Shown here one piece after another: positions 8,586-20,994 of a stretch of 64,000 bases of DNA. The translations under genes and the position numbers were made by a program. The stretch lies in assembly GCF_057098645.1 (NCBI RefSeq), contig NZ_CM169472.1, one strand, 5' to 3'. The notes beneath the pieces were generated by a model, which did no database searches, had not been told where the DNA came from, and saw only the letters and a program-made list of their open reading frames with translations. The stretch's first letter is position 1; the number at the start of each line of letters is the position of its first letter.

Positions 8586-9923
8586 ATGCACTCTCAAATC
8601 TGGGTTGTGAGCACGCTGCTTATCAGCATCGTGTTAATTGTACTGACCATCGTGAAGTTCAAATTCCACCCGTTTCTGGCGCTGTTGCTGGCCAGCTTCT
8701 TCGTGGGAACGATGATGGGTATGGGACCACTGGATATGGTAAATGCTATTGAAAGTGGAATTGGCGGAACGCTGGGGTTCCTTGCTGCGGTTATCGGCCT
8801 GGGCACGATACTGGGAAAAATGATGGAAGTATCCGGGGCCGCAGAAAGAATTGGTCTGACACTTCAACGCTGTCGCTGGCTTTCAGCTGATGTCATTATG
8901 GTGCTGGTTGGCCTGATTTGCGGCATCACGCTATTTGTTGAAGTGGGCGTCGTGCTATTGATTCCTCTGGCTTTTTCAATTGCCAAAAAAACCAATACCT
9001 CATTGTTAAAGCTGGCCATTCCGCTATGTACCGCATTGATGGCAGTGCACTGCGTGGTTCCCCCACATCCGGCTGCTTTATATGTTGCCAATAAGCTGGG
9101 CGCAGATATCGGTTCGGTGATCGTCTACGGTTTGCTGGTTGGGCTGATGGCATCACTGATCGGTGGCCCACTTTTCCTTAAATTTCTGGGGCAACGACTG
9201 CCCTTTAAACCTGTACCCACAGAGTTTGCCGATCTCAAAGTTCGCGATGAAAAAACACTACCGTCATTAGGCGCAACGTTATTCACCATACTGCTACCCA
9301 TTGCGCTGATGTTGGTTAAAACGATTGCCGAATTGAATATGGCGCGTGAGAGTGGTTTGTATACCTTGCTTGAGTTTATTGGCAACCCTATCACTGCCAT
9401 GTTTATCGCCGTGTTTGTCGCCTATTATGTGTTGGGTATACGCCAGCATATGAGCATGGGGACGATGCTCACACATACGGAAAATGGCTTCGGTTCTATT
9501 GCTAATATTTTGCTGATTATCGGGGCCGGAGGCGCATTCAACGCCATTTTAAAAAGCAGCAGTCTCGCTGATACGCTGGCAGTTATTCTCTCCAATATGC
9601 ATATGCACCCGATTCTTCTGGCCTGGTTAGTGGCTCTTATTCTGCATGCGGCAGTGGGCTCCGCTACCGTGGCAATGATGGGGGCAACGGCAATTGTTGC
9701 ACCCATGCTGCCGCTGTATCCCGACATCAGCCCGGAAATTATTGCGATTGCTATCGGTTCAGGCGCGATTGGCTGCACTATCGTTACGGACTCGCTTTTC
9801 TGGCTGGTGAAGCAATATTGCGGCGCTACGCTCAATGAAACATTTAAATACTATACGACAGCGACATTTATCGCTTCAGTCGTCGCTCTGGCGGGCACAT
9901 TCCTGCTGTCATTTATCATCTAA
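8586..9923 (+). CDS. dsdX: DsdX D-serine transporter (GntP family), 445 aa
   Basis: Polytopic membrane ORF upstream of dsdA; synteny. Confidence 0.9.
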   Translation: MHSQIWVVSTLLISIVLIVLTIVKFKFHPFLALLLASFFVGTMMGMGPLDMVNAIESGIGGTLGFLAAVIGLGTILGKMMEVSGAAERIGLTLQRCRWLSADVIMVLVGLICGITLFVEVGVVLLIPLAFSIAKKTNTSLLKLAIPLCTALMAVHCVVPPHPAALYVANKLGADIGSVIVYGLLVGLMASLIGGPLFLKFLGQRLPFKPVPTEFADLKVRDEKTLPSLGATLFTILLPIALMLVKTIAELNMARESGLYTLLEFIGNPITAMFIAVFVAYYVLGIRQHMSMGTMLTHTENGFGSIANILLIIGAGGAFNAILKSSSLADTLAVILSNMHMHPILLAWLVALILHAAVGSATVAMMGATAIVAPMLPLYPDISPEIIAIAIGSGAIGCTIVTDSLFWLVKQYCGATLNETFKYYTTATFIASVVALAGTFLLSFII

Positions 9924-9940
9924 GCGCAAAGAGACGTACT

Positions 9941-11269
9941 ATGGAAAACGCTAAAATGAACTCGCTCATCGCCCAGTATCCGTTGGTAAAGGATCTGGTT
10001 GCTCTTAAAGAAACCACCTGGTTTAATCCTGGCACGACCTCATTGGCTGAAGGTTTACCTTATGTTGGCCTGACCGAACAGGATGTTCAGGACGCCCATG
10101 CGCGCTTATCCCGTTTTGCACCCTATCTGGCAAAAGCATTTCCTGAAACTGCTGCCACTGGGGGGATTATTGAATCAGAACTGGTTGCCATTCCGGCTAT
10201 GCAAAAACGGCTGGAAAAGGAATATCAACAACCGATCAGCGGGCAACTGTTACTGAAAAAAGATAGCCATTTGCCCATTTCCGGCTCCATAAAAGCACGC
10301 GGCGGGATTTATGAAGTCCTGGCACACGCAGAAAAACTGGCTCTGGAAGCGGGGTTGCTGACGCTTGATGATGACTACAGCAAACTGCTTTCTCCGGAGT
10401 TTAAACAGTTCTTTAGCCAATACAGCATTGCTGTGGGCTCAACCGGAAATCTGGGGTTATCAATCGGCATTATGAGCGCCCGCATTGGCTTTGAGGTGAC
10501 AGTTCATATGTCTGCTGATGCCCGGGCATGGAAAAAAGCGAAACTGCGCAGCCATGGCGTTACGGTCGTGGAATATGAGCAAGATTATGGTGTTGCCGTC
10601 GAGGAAGGACGTAAAGCAGCGCAGTCTGACCCGAACTGTTTCTTTATTGATGACGAAAATTCCCGCACGTTGTTCCTTGGGTATTCCGTCGCTGGCCAGC
10701 GTCTTAAAGCGCAATTTGCCGAGCAAGGTCGTATTGTCGATGCTGATAACCCTCTGTTTGTCTATCTGCCGTGTGGTGTTGGCGGTGGTCCTGGTGGCGT
10801 CGCATTCGGGCTTAAACTGGCGTTTGGCGATCATGTTCACTGCTTTTTTGCCGAACCAACGCACTCCCCTTGTATGCTGTTAGGCATCCATACAGGGTTA
10901 CACGATCAGATTTCTGTTCAGGATATTGGTATCGACAACCTTACCGCAGCTGATGGCCTTGCAGTTGGTCGCGCATCAGGCTTTGTCGGGCGGGCAATGG
11001 AGCGTCTGCTGGATGGCTTCTATACCCTTAGCGATCAAACCATGTATGACATGCTTGGCTGGCTAGCGCAGGAAGAAGGTATTCGTCTTGAACCTTCGGC
11101 ACTGGCGGGTATGACCGGACCTCAGCGCGTGTGTGCATCAGTAAGTTACCAACAGATGCACGGTTTCAGCGCAGAACAACTGCGTAATGCCACTCATCTG
11201 GTGTGGGCGACGGGAGGCGGAATGGTGCCGGAAGAAGAGATGGAGCAATATCTGGCAAAAGGCCGTTAA
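9941..11269 (+). CDS. dsdA: D-serine dehydratase (ammonia-lyase), 442 aa
   Basis: PLP-enzyme motif SGSIKARGG; synteny with dsdC-dsdX. Confidence 0.92.
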   Translation: MENAKMNSLIAQYPLVKDLVALKETTWFNPGTTSLAEGLPYVGLTEQDVQDAHARLSRFAPYLAKAFPETAATGGIIESELVAIPAMQKRLEKEYQQPISGQLLLKKDSHLPISGSIKARGGIYEVLAHAEKLALEAGLLTLDDDYSKLLSPEFKQFFSQYSIAVGSTGNLGLSIGIMSARIGFEVTVHMSADARAWKKAKLRSHGVTVVEYEQDYGVAVEEGRKAAQSDPNCFFIDDENSRTLFLGYSVAGQRLKAQFAEQGRIVDADNPLFVYLPCGVGGGPGGVAFGLKLAFGDHVHCFFAEPTHSPCMLLGIHTGLHDQISVQDIGIDNLTAADGLAVGRASGFVGRAMERLLDGFYTLSDQTMYDMLGWLAQEEGIRLEPSALAGMTGPQRVCASVSYQQMHGFSAEQLRNATHLVWATGGGMVPEEEMEQYLAKGR

Positions 11270-11376
11270 TAACGTTTCAACGCAGCATCGCAATCCTTTC
11301 CCTGGGTGAGCGATGCTGCCGATGGCGCAGACTTAAGATCCCCGGTCTTACCCGCTATAACCCCCTGCTTTTACCA

Positions 11377-12915
11377 TCACCCAACGCCTTTCGCTGTAAA
11401 CGGCGGTTTCGCAAACCAAACCAAAACCGTAAGTAAGATAAAAGCAATAGCCGCCATACGGAAAATCTCATTTGCAGAAATAGAAAGTGACTGCTGGGTT
11501 ATTTCATTATTAATTTCATTAAGAACTCCTGAAAGCGAACCATAGTATTTATCCATAATTTGTGACGATGAATTAAATACAGGGTTAAATTGATCGATGG
11601 TTGCTGTCAACTGACTATGGTGTAACGATTCGCGTCGCCCCCACAGCGTCATTGTCAACGATGTACCAACTGATCCTGACAAGGTACGAAAAAAATTACT
11701 CATACTCGAGGCATTGGCAAATTTATTATCTGGCAAGCCTGAAAACGAAATCGTTGTTAAGGGTAAAAAGAAACAGGCAACGGCGAATCCCTGAAAAAAC
11801 TGCGGCAAAATGATACCTGTAAAATCAATCGTTGGCATAAATGTCACAGAACGCCAGTAATAGCAAACCGCATACATCAAAAAACTAAATGTCACTAACA
11901 ACCGCATGTCTATTTTGTTGCCATAACGTCCTATCAAAGGTGAAATTAATAGTGGCATGATGCCGATGGGCGCATAAGCAAGTCCGGCCCATATCGCATT
12001 ATACCCCATCGTTTCCTGGAGTAACTGCGGCATAAGGACGATCGCTCCAGAGTAAAATAAATACGCGCATGTGATACTCACAATACCAATGGTGAAATTA
12101 CGGGACTTAAACAAACTGAGATCAAGAATCGGGTTCTCTGAGGTCGACTCCCAAATGACTAAAGAGATCAGAGAAATAACTGATACTACTGTTAATATTA
12201 TTATTGTACTCGAGTTGAACCAATCCAGATCGCGCCCTTTATCAAGCATAATTTGCAAGCCACCAACACCGAGCACTAACAGGGTCAGTCCTGGTAGATT
12301 CATTTTGACCGGTGAAGTCTCAGTTTCTCTTCCTTTAAGTAAGGTTAAGCATAATGTCAGGACGATAATCCCCATAGGGACATTGATTAAAAATATCCAA
12401 CCCCAGCTAAAGTTATCACAAATATAGCCGCCCAATATCGGCCCACATATCGGAGCGATAATCACGGTCATTGACCATAATGCCAGAGCAAATGTCCTTT
12501 TTTCTGGTGGATAATTCCTTAATAATAAACTCTGTGACAGTGGAATTAACGGCCCCGCCATTAACCCCTGAACGACTCTAAAAAATATCAGCACATCAAG
12601 ATTGGTCGATAAACTACACATTAAGGAAGACAGCGAAAAAAAAGTGACTGAAAGTAAAAATAACCTTAATTCGCCTATTCTTTGTGCCAGCCTGCCGGTA
12701 ACAGGGATCGCAATGGCATTTGCTACGCCAAACGAAGTGATAACCCAGGTACCTTCGTCTGTTGATGCTCCCAGAAAGCCAGATATTGTCGGTATTGCGA
12801 CGTTAGAAATAGTGGAATCCAACATTTGCATAAACGTCGCTAATGACAATGCAATAGTGACGCACCATAACGTCCCACCGGTTAATGGTGCCGGAGTTGA
12901 TTTAGTGATTGCCAT
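11377..12915 (-). CDS. emrY: EmrY MFS multidrug efflux pump, 512 aa
   Basis: 14-TMS MFS-like ORF directly downstream of emrK. Confidence 0.9.
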   Translation of the reverse strand: MAITKSTPAPLTGGTLWCVTIALSLATFMQMLDSTISNVAIPTISGFLGASTDEGTWVITSFGVANAIAIPVTGRLAQRIGELRLFLLSVTFFSLSSLMCSLSTNLDVLIFFRVVQGLMAGPLIPLSQSLLLRNYPPEKRTFALALWSMTVIIAPICGPILGGYICDNFSWGWIFLINVPMGIIVLTLCLTLLKGRETETSPVKMNLPGLTLLVLGVGGLQIMLDKGRDLDWFNSSTIIILTVVSVISLISLVIWESTSENPILDLSLFKSRNFTIGIVSITCAYLFYSGAIVLMPQLLQETMGYNAIWAGLAYAPIGIMPLLISPLIGRYGNKIDMRLLVTFSFLMYAVCYYWRSVTFMPTIDFTGIILPQFFQGFAVACFFLPLTTISFSGLPDNKFANASSMSNFFRTLSGSVGTSLTMTLWGRRESLHHSQLTATIDQFNPVFNSSSQIMDKYYGSLSGVLNEINNEITQQSLSISANEIFRMAAIAFILLTVLVWFAKPPFTAKGVG

Positions 12916-14078
12916 TAAAGTTGTCCATTATGCGAAATAATGTTGCTAATTTCTTTTTCTATCGGACTGGTATCGATAACTAAAGCCTTACTGGTATAAG
13001 CAGGCATGGAGGTCACGGTTGAAGCCAGATCAGGCATCTCAGCAATGTCTTCGTCCTTCGTATCAATAGTTGCAGTCATCGATAAACCAATGCGCAAGGG
13101 GTGTTCCATGAGTTCTTTTGGATCAAGAGAAACTTCAACCGGTACACGCTGAACGATTTTGATCCAGTTCCCTGTCGCATTTTGTGCAGGTAATAAGGAG
13201 AACGCATTGCCGGTTCCCATATTGATCCCTGTCACCCGACCATGAAACACAACATTTTCACCATAAAGATCGCTGATAATATTGACCGATTGACCAATCC
13301 GTACATCCGTGAGTTGTGTTTCTTTAAAGTTGGCATTAACCCACATTTGACGTGCCGGTACGACAGCCATTAACGATTGTCCGGGGCTCACTGTTTCGCC
13401 GACCTGAACACTTCTCTGGGCAATATAGCCGGTAACCGGACTCTTAATATCCGTACGTTTAAGCGCCAACCAGGCTTCTTTAGTTGCATCCGCCGCTTCA
13501 ACGACTTGTGGCTGACGGTTTAATGGTGTGTTCATTACTAAAGCTTTATTCGCTTTATAAGCCTGGATAGCGGCATTCAATGCCGCTTTGCTACTTATTA
13601 ACGTATCTTTGGTATGCTCCAGCGTTTCTTTTGAAATAACCCCCTGCTTCGCTAACGGCACTCGACGGTTATAATCTTCTAAAGATTGTTGATACTGAAT
13701 ACGTGCTGAAGCGACTTCGGCACTGTATTGTTTATCCTGTAAGTATAGTTTATTCGTTTGCCGAACAATATTTGCCAGATTATTTTTAGCTTTATTGAGT
13801 GCGGTAGTGGCATCAGTTTTATCCAGTGAAACTAAAATGTCACCCTGTCGAACATAGTTCGTATCTTTATGATTAACTACAGTGACACTACCTGAGACTT
13901 GTGCAGAAATTGGATCTGCATTCCCCGTGACATAGGCGTCATCTGTACTAATCATGTCTTCTAATTCCATTGACCAATAGGCATAGGCACCTGAAAACGC
14001 AATAAATAAAACTACCGCCAATAAAGAAAAGTATTTTCTTCTGTTAGAATGTTTTTTATTTGAATTAATCTGTTCCAC
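12915..14078 (-). CDS. emrK: EmrK membrane fusion protein, 387 aa
   Basis: HlyD-family ORF divergent from evgAS. Confidence 0.9.
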   Translation of the reverse strand: MEQINSNKKHSNRRKYFSLLAVVLFIAFSGAYAYWSMELEDMISTDDAYVTGNADPISAQVSGSVTVVNHKDTNYVRQGDILVSLDKTDATTALNKAKNNLANIVRQTNKLYLQDKQYSAEVASARIQYQQSLEDYNRRVPLAKQGVISKETLEHTKDTLISSKAALNAAIQAYKANKALVMNTPLNRQPQVVEAADATKEAWLALKRTDIKSPVTGYIAQRSVQVGETVSPGQSLMAVVPARQMWVNANFKETQLTDVRIGQSVNIISDLYGENVVFHGRVTGINMGTGNAFSLLPAQNATGNWIKIVQRVPVEVSLDPKELMEHPLRIGLSMTATIDTKDEDIAEMPDLASTVTSMPAYTSKALVIDTSPIEKEISNIISHNGQL

Positions 14079-14251
14079 TTTTATCTCTCATTTCGCATAG
14101 ATGAAATTTATGAATTGAATGAAAAGAGTATTCATTCTTCATATCAAACACAGTGCATGTGTTGCACATTATCCCAGGAACGTTGGAGGCCTAATTTAAA
14201 TGAGGTGCAAAAAAAACAACAGAGGACTAAACCGTGGCTTTTGCAATACAA

Positions 14252-14269
14252 TTCTTACGCCTGTAGGAT
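14252..14269. promoter_or_regulatory. putative EvgA box (TTCTTACGCCTGTAGGAT) in emrK-evgA divergent promoter region
   Basis: Inverted repeat resembling the TTCYTACA half-site consensus described for EvgA. Confidence 0.5.
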
Positions 14270-14493
14270 TAGTGAGAAGACTTATAGTGCTAATGTGAAA
14301 CTATAAATCATCGGTACAATCCCTGATTTTATTGTTGACATTTCATATATGCCGACTATTTATATGGTATACTTATCGAATTATCTTAACGGAAGCTCAA
14401 ATTTTCTTATTTTTATTGAGAAAATGAGATGATGCCTTATGTCTGTATTACTACAGGGAGAAGGGAGATGCTTCATTGCAAAGGGAATAATCT

Positions 14494-15108
14494 ATGAACG
14501 CAATAATTATTGATGACCATCCTCTTGCTATCGCAGCAATTCGTAATTTATTGATCAAAAACGATATTGAAATCTTAGCAGAGTTGACTGAAGGCGGAAG
14601 TGCCGTTCAGCGGGTGGAAACACTTAAGCCTGATATCGTCATCATTGATGTCGATATCCCCGGAGTTAACGGTATCCAGGTGTTAGAAACGCTGAGGAAG
14701 CGCCAATATAGCGGAATTATTATTATCGTCTCCGCTAAAAATGACCATTTTTACGGGAAACATTGTGCTGATGCTGGCGCTAATGGTTTCGTGAGTAAAA
14801 AAGAAGGCATGAACAATATCATTGCGGCTATTGAAGCTGCAAAAAATGGCTACTGCTATTTCCCCTTCTCTCTCAACCGGTTTGTTGGAAGTTTAACGTC
14901 CGACCAGCAAAAACTCGACTCCTTATCGAAACAAGAAATTAGTGTCATGCGGTATATTCTTGATGGCAAGGATAATAATGACATTGCTGAAAAAATGTTC
15001 ATCAGCAACAAAACTGTCAGCACTTATAAAAGTCGCCTGATGGAAAAATTAGAATGTAAATCACTGATGGATCTTTACACATTCGCACAACGTAACAAAA
15101 TCGGCTAA
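14494..15108 (+). CDS. evgA: EvgA response regulator (NarL/FixJ family), 204 aa
   Basis: Receiver domain plus LuxR-type HTH; followed by evgS. Confidence 0.93.
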   Translation: MNAIIIDDHPLAIAAIRNLLIKNDIEILAELTEGGSAVQRVETLKPDIVIIDVDIPGVNGIQVLETLRKRQYSGIIIIVSAKNDHFYGKHCADAGANGFVSKKEGMNNIIAAIEAAKNGYCYFPFSLNRFVGSLTSDQQKLDSLSKQEISVMRYILDGKDNNDIAEKMFISNKTVSTYKSRLMEKLECKSLMDLYTFAQRNKIG

Positions 15109-15112
15109 CCAC

Positions 15113-18100
15113 ATGAAGTTTTTACCCTATATTTTTCTTCTCTGTTGTGGTCTTTGGTCGACCATAAGTTTCGCAGACGAAGATTACATCGAATATCGTG
15201 GCATCAGTAGTAACAACCGTGTCACACTTGATCCACTACGTCTGAGCAACAAGGAATTACGTTGGTTAGCGAGCAAAAAAAATCTTGTGATTGCAGTACA
15301 CAAGTCTCAAACGGCTACGTTGTTGCATACCGATTCGCAGCAACGGGTTCGTGGTATTAATGCTGATTATTTAAATCTTTTAAAAAGAGCGTTAAATATC
15401 AAATTAACACTCCGGGAATACGCCGATCATCAAAAAGCAATGGACGCGCTGGAAGAAGGTGAAGTCGATATAGTGTTATCACATTTAGTTGCTTCGCCGC
15501 CTCTTAATGATGACATTGCTGCAACCAAACCACTGATAATTACCTTTCCGGCGCTGGTCACCACCCTTCACGATTCAATGCGACCGCTTACCTCATCAAA
15601 ACCAGTAAATATTGCTCGAGTAGCAAATTATCCCCCTGACGAGGTAATTCATCAATCATTTCCAAAAGCAACAATTATCTCTTTTACAAATTTATATCAG
15701 GCATTAGCATCCGTCTCAGCCGGACAGAATGATTACTTTATTGGTAGTAACATCATTACCAGCAGTATGATTTCCCGCTATTTCACTCACTCCTTAAATG
15801 TAGTGAAATATTATAACTCACCGCGTCAATATAACTTCTTCTTAACCAGAAAAGAATCTGTCATTCTTAATGAAGTACTCAATCGATTTGTTGATGCTTT
15901 AACAAATGAAGTTCGCTATGAAGTATCACAAAATTGGCTTGATACAGGAAACCTGGCCTTTCTGAACAAGCCATTAGAACTCACTGAACATGAAAAACAG
16001 TGGATTAAGCAGCATCCCGATTTAAAGGTGCTGGAAAATCCTTACTCCCCTCCCTATTCTATGACGGATGAAAATGGCTCGGTTCGGGGCGTTATGGGGG
16101 ATATTCTTAATATTATTACTTTGCAAACAGGTTTAAATTTTTCTCCGATCACCGTTTCACACAATATCCATGCTGGAACACAGCTGAATCCCGGCGGATG
16201 GGATATATTACCCGGTGCTATTTATAGTGAAGATAGAGAAAATAATGTTTTATTTGCTGAAGCCTTCATAACAACGCCTTACGTTTTTGTCATGCAAAAA
16301 GCGCCTGACAGTGAACAAACATTAAAAAAAGGAATGAAAGTTGCCATTCCATATTATTATGAGCTGCATTCGCAATTAAAAGAGATGTATCCGGAGGTAG
16401 AGTGGATAAAAGTCGATAACGCCAGCGCTGCATTTCACAAGGTCAAGGAAGGTGAACTTGATGCTCTGGTCGCGACACAGCTAAATTCGCGTTACATGAT
16501 CGACCATTACTATCCTAATGAACTTTATCATTTTCTTATTCCCGGCGTTCAGAATGCATCACTTTCGTTCGCTTTTCCTCGCGGAGAACCGGAACTTAAG
16601 GATATTATTAATAAAGCACTGAATGCAATTCCCCCAAGCGAAGTTCTGCGCCTGACGGAAAAATGGATTAAAATGCCCAATGTGACCATTGACACATGGG
16701 ACCTCTATAGCGAGCAATTTTATATTGTTACGACATTATCCATTTTATTAGTTGGCAGTAGCCTTTTATGGGGATTCTACCTGTTACGCTCAGTTCGTCG
16801 TCGTAAAGTCATTCAGGGTGATTTAGAAAACCAAATATCATTCCGGAAAGCGCTCTCGGACTCCTTACCGAATCCAACTTATGTTGTAAACTGGCAAGGT
16901 AATGTCATTAGTCACAATAGTGCATTTGAACATTATTTCACTGCTGATTACTACAAAAATGCAATGTTGCCATTAGAAAACAGTGAATCACCCTTTAAAG
17001 ATGTTTTTTCTAATACGCATGAAGTCACAGCAGAGACGAAAGAAAACCGAACAATATACACACAGGTATTTGAAATTGATAATGGCATCGAGAAAAGATG
17101 CATTAATCACTGGCATACATTATGTAATCTGCCAGCCAGCGAACATGCTGTTTATATTTGTGGTTGGCAAGATATTACCGAGACGCGTGATTTAATTCAT
17201 GCACTCGAAGTAGAGAGAAATAAAGCGATCAATGCAACTGTCGCAAAAAGTCAGTTTCTGGCAACAATGAGTCACGAAATAAGAACACCAATAAGCTCCA
17301 TTATGGGCTTCCTGGAACTTCTGTCGGGTTCTGGTCTTAGCAAGGAACAACGGGTGGAGGCGATTTCACTTGCCTACGCCACCGGACAATCACTCCTCGG
17401 CTTAATTGGTGAAATCCTTGATGTCGACAAAATTGAATCGGGTAACTATCAACTTCAACCACAATGGGTCGATATTCCTACTTTAGTCCAGAACACTTGT
17501 CACTCTTTCGGTGCGATTGCTGCAAGCAAATCGATCGCATTAAGTTGCAGCAGTACGTTTCCTGAACATTACCTGGTTAAGATCGACCCTCAGGCGTTTA
17601 AGCAGGTCTTATCAAATTTACTGAGTAATGCTCTCAAATTTACCACCGAGGGGGCAGTAAAAATTACGACCTCCATGGTTCACATTGATGACAACCACGC
17701 TGTAATCAAAATGACGATTATGGATTCTGGAAGTGGATTATCACAGGAAGAACAACAACAACTGTTTAAACGTTATAGCCAAACAAGTGCAGGTCGCCAG
17801 CAAACAGGTTCTGGTTTAGGCTTAATGATCTGCAAAGAATTAATTAAAAACATGCAGGGCGATTTGTCATTAGAAAGTCATCCAGGCATAGGAACAACAT
17901 TTACGATCACAATCCCGGTAGAAATTATCCAACAAGTGGCGACTGTCGAGGCAAAAGCAGAACAACCCATCACACTACCTGAAAAGTTGAGCATATTGAT
18001 CGCGGATGATCATCCGACCAACAGGCTATTACTCAAACGCCAGCTAAATCTATTAGGATATGATGTTGATGAAGCCACTGATGGTGTGCAAGCGCTACAC

Positions 18101-18706
18101 AAAGTCAGTATGCAACATTATGATCTGCTTATTACTGACGTTAATATGCCGAATATGGATGGTTTTGAGTTGACTCGCAAACTCCGTGAGCAAAAATCTT
18201 CCTTACCTATCTGGGGGCTTACAGCCAACGCACAGGCTAACGAACGTGAAAAAGGGTTAAATTGCGGCATGAACTTATGTTTGTTCAAACCGTTGACCCT
18301 GGATGTACTGAAAACACATTTAAGTCAGTTACACCAGGTTGCGCATATTGCACCTCAGTATCGCCACCTTGATATCGAAGCCCTGAAAAATAATACGGCG
18401 AACGATCTACAACTGATGCAGGAGATTCTCATGACTTTCCAGCATGAAACGCATAAAGATCTACCCGCTGCGTTTCATGCACTAGAAGCTGGCGATAATA
18501 GAACTTTCCATCAGTGTATTCATCGCATCCACGGTGCGGCTAACATCCTGAATTTGCAAAAGTTGATTAATATTAGCCATCAGTTAGAAATAACACCTGT
18601 TTCAGATGACAGTAAGCCTGAAATTCTTCAGCTGCTGAACTCTGTAAAAGAACACATTGCAGAGCTGGACCAAGAGATTGCTGTTTTCTGTCAGCAAAAT
18701 GACTAA
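15113..18706 (+). CDS. evgS: EvgS hybrid sensor kinase, 1197 aa
   Basis: Periplasmic solute-binding-like domains, HisKA (MSHEIRTP), receiver and HPt domains. Confidence 0.93.
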   Translation: MKFLPYIFLLCCGLWSTISFADEDYIEYRGISSNNRVTLDPLRLSNKELRWLASKKNLVIAVHKSQTATLLHTDSQQRVRGINADYLNLLKRALNIKLTLREYADHQKAMDALEEGEVDIVLSHLVASPPLNDDIAATKPLIITFPALVTTLHDSMRPLTSSKPVNIARVANYPPDEVIHQSFPKATIISFTNLYQALASVSAGQNDYFIGSNIITSSMISRYFTHSLNVVKYYNSPRQYNFFLTRKESVILNEVLNRFVDALTNEVRYEVSQNWLDTGNLAFLNKPLELTEHEKQWIKQHPDLKVLENPYSPPYSMTDENGSVRGVMGDILNIITLQTGLNFSPITVSHNIHAGTQLNPGGWDILPGAIYSEDRENNVLFAEAFITTPYVFVMQKAPDSEQTLKKGMKVAIPYYYELHSQLKEMYPEVEWIKVDNASAAFHKVKEGELDALVATQLNSRYMIDHYYPNELYHFLIPGVQNASLSFAFPRGEPELKDIINKALNAIPPSEVLRLTEKWIKMPNVTIDTWDLYSEQFYIVTTLSILLVGSSLLWGFYLLRSVRRRKVIQGDLENQISFRKALSDSLPNPTYVVNWQGNVISHNSAFEHYFTADYYKNAMLPLENSESPFKDVFSNTHEVTAETKENRTIYTQVFEIDNGIEKRCINHWHTLCNLPASEHAVYICGWQDITETRDLIHALEVERNKAINATVAKSQFLATMSHEIRTPISSIMGFLELLSGSGLSKEQRVEAISLAYATGQSLLGLIGEILDVDKIESGNYQLQPQWVDIPTLVQNTCHSFGAIAASKSIALSCSSTFPEHYLVKIDPQAFKQVLSNLLSNALKFTTEGAVKITTSMVHIDDNHAVIKMTIMDSGSGLSQEEQQQLFKRYSQTSAGRQQTGSGLGLMICKELIKNMQGDLSLESHPGIGTTFTITIPVEIIQQVATVEAKAEQPITLPEKLSILIADDHPTNRLLLKRQLNLLGYDVDEATDGVQALHKVSMQHYDLLITDVNMPNMDGFELTRKLREQKSSLPIWGLTANAQANEREKGLNCGMNLCLFKPLTLDVLKTHLSQLHQVAHIAPQYRHLDIEALKNNTANDLQLMQEILMTFQHETHKDLPAAFHALEAGDNRTFHQCIHRIHGAANILNLQKLINISHQLEITPVSDDSKPEILQLLNSVKEHIAELDQEIAVFCQQND

Positions 18707-18761
18707 ATAGCGGCTCCCACAATGTTCAAATGTGGGAGCTATTTACCAGCACATCTTACAT

Positions 18762-19907
18762 TTATGATGAGAACTCCTGGCGAATTTGCTCCCCATGCTG
18801 GTCGAGCGTTGCCGCTCCCGGCATAACATGCGGGTCCGCGCAGCCACTGATTTTTATCGGATTACCCGGCATCATTATTCCCCCGGCTTCAATCAACATA
18901 TTTCTCGCCTGAGTTTGTGGCAAATTAATGGCCTCAGCCACACTTAATAACGGCGCGACGGGCACACCAACTTCATGTATTCTGGCTAACCAAACTTCAG
19001 CTGCCTGTGTTTTTAACGTCCGCTCAATATATTGTTTAAGAATAGCCTGGTTTTGTACGCGTAAAATATTGCTGCTAAATCTGGGATCATTAACCAGTTC
19101 CGTAAGCTCCAGTGCCTGGCATAACGCAGAGAAAAGCTTGTCATTACCACAACAAATCGTAATCGGCTTATCCTGAGTATCGAAAACATCAAAAGGTGCC
19201 ATGTAGGGGTGGCGATTTCCCAAACGTTGTGGTGACTTCCCTGTCGCAATATATGCCATCAGACCATGCTCCAGAAAACTCAGCGTGGCATCAAACATCG
19301 CTATATCGACATGCGCCCCTCTCTGGCTTTTTTCGCGGCCATAAAGTGCACTCACTATTCCGCTGAATAAATAGACACCGCCGCATAGATCCGCAAGAGA
19401 GGTACCAACACGCACTGGCGGAGCATCAGGGTACCCTGTTTCCATCATTATCCCGCTCATTACCTGAATGATGGTATCGTAGGCAGGAGCATCTTTTAGC
19501 GGACCGGTATGTCCGAAACCTGACGATGAAGCATATATGAGGCGCGGGTTGATTTCTTGTAACCTTTCCCATGAAAACCCCAGTTTTTCCATTGTACCTG
19601 GGCGAAAATTCTCAGCTAATACATCAGCTTGTTTAAGCATATTTATAAATATACTTTTATCGTGATCATTCTTTAAATCAAGAACCACACTCTCTTTACC
19701 ATGATTAATAAAACTGTAATAGAGTGACTGTCCATCCACATAGGGACCAAATGTGCGGGTATCATCACCATGACCTGGTGGCTCAACTTTAATTACCCTT
19801 GCGCCCATATTACAAAGAAGTTGAGTTCCGAAAGGTCCATTAAGGACATGTGTCATATCGATAACTAATAAGCCTTCAAACGGCCCTTTGCTTTCATTAT
19901 TTGTCAT
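18762..19907 (-). CDS. yfdE: YfdE acetyl-CoA:oxalate CoA-transferase (family III CoA transferase)
   Basis: Start taken at MTNNESKGPFEGL; paralogous to frc; synteny. Confidence 0.85.
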   Translation of the reverse strand: MTNNESKGPFEGLLVIDMTHVLNGPFGTQLLCNMGARVIKVEPPGHGDDTRTFGPYVDGQSLYYSFINHGKESVVLDLKNDHDKSIFINMLKQADVLAENFRPGTMEKLGFSWERLQEINPRLIYASSSGFGHTGPLKDAPAYDTIIQVMSGIMMETGYPDAPPVRVGTSLADLCGGVYLFSGIVSALYGREKSQRGAHVDIAMFDATLSFLEHGLMAYIATGKSPQRLGNRHPYMAPFDVFDTQDKPITICCGNDKLFSALCQALELTELVNDPRFSSNILRVQNQAILKQYIERTLKTQAAEVWLARIHEVGVPVAPLLSVAEAINLPQTQARNMLIEAGGIMMPGNPIKISGCADPHVMPGAATLDQHGEQIRQEFSS

Positions 19908-19980
19908 TTGCTTATGCCTTGAAAAAAGCCGAAGGTGAAAAGACACTTCGGCATTTATGTAAAATCAATAACATGATTAA

Positions 19981-20925
19981 TTATGAAACCAGTCGACTGA
20001 CATAAATCCACAAGGGAGCCGTGACGACAAATCCCAGTACGCTCACAGCCAATGACGCTGTACCAGTGCGGGTGTAGACATTAAACCGGCTGGCAATAAT
20101 GATTCCGGAGAATGCCGGCGGTAATGCGCCTGCCAGTACCATCATCTGCAGATGTTCGCTGTTCAAATGACATGCCATACCAACAAGAAGCAGCGCCAGT
20201 GGCATCAGAATCAGCTTCAGGAAGGTGTTATAAGCAATTTCGGCACTGAACTCGAATTTATGTGCAGCCAGAGTCAACCCCGCAGCGAATACCGCTACCC
20301 CTGAGTTAGCCTTCGCAATCAGATTAAAGGTTGGGTCCCATGCTGCCGGAATTTTTACCCCAACCAGCACCAGGATCGTTGCCAGAACAGGTGCCCATAC
20401 TACAGGCTCCTTTGCCGCAGAAATTAATGCGCTCAGATTACTATTCTTCTTACCATCCGCTCCTGAGGAAGGATTCAGCAAATACAGACCAATAGGAATA
20501 GTAACTGCGTTAACAATAATAGAAATAATTGCTACTACTAAACCTGTTGATACGGAATCACCATAAATAGGATCGAGAACTGCAAATCCCAGGAATCCAA
20601 TGGTAGGTGAACCAGCAATTAATGCACATACAGCTGCTTCTGCATGGGTACGTTTAAAAAATTTGTAGCAACCAAACCAGGAGAAAAAGAAACATCCGAC
20701 AATAACCACAAGTGATACAAGGGTCAGACGAGTGTCCGCAAAAATCATTTCCCTGTTTGCCCGGGTAATAGAAACAAATAGAGCCGCAGGAAGAGCGTAG
20801 TTTAATACCAGTTTATTAAATGCCCGGGCTTGATCTTCTGAAAAAGTTTCTCGTCTGCCGCTAAAATAACCCAACAGCATGATTACGATAATAGGCAATA
20901 AATCGCCAATAAAAAATGTTAGCAT
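19981..20925 (-). CDS. yfdV: YfdV AEC-family transporter, 314 aa
   Basis: Membrane ORF between yfdE and oxc. Confidence 0.85.
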   Translation of the reverse strand: MLTFFIGDLLPIIVIMLLGYFSGRRETFSEDQARAFNKLVLNYALPAALFVSITRANREMIFADTRLTLVSLVVIVGCFFFSWFGCYKFFKRTHAEAAVCALIAGSPTIGFLGFAVLDPIYGDSVSTGLVVAIISIIVNAVTIPIGLYLLNPSSGADGKKNSNLSALISAAKEPVVWAPVLATILVLVGVKIPAAWDPTFNLIAKANSGVAVFAAGLTLAAHKFEFSAEIAYNTFLKLILMPLALLLVGMACHLNSEHLQMMVLAGALPPAFSGIIIASRFNVYTRTGTASLAVSVLGFVVTAPLWIYVSRLVS

Positions 20926-20994
20926 AATAGTATTTCCGATAAGGGTCCCCTCACCTTCGCATAATGAGTTGGCAAGAGGAGACGATGTCAGTAT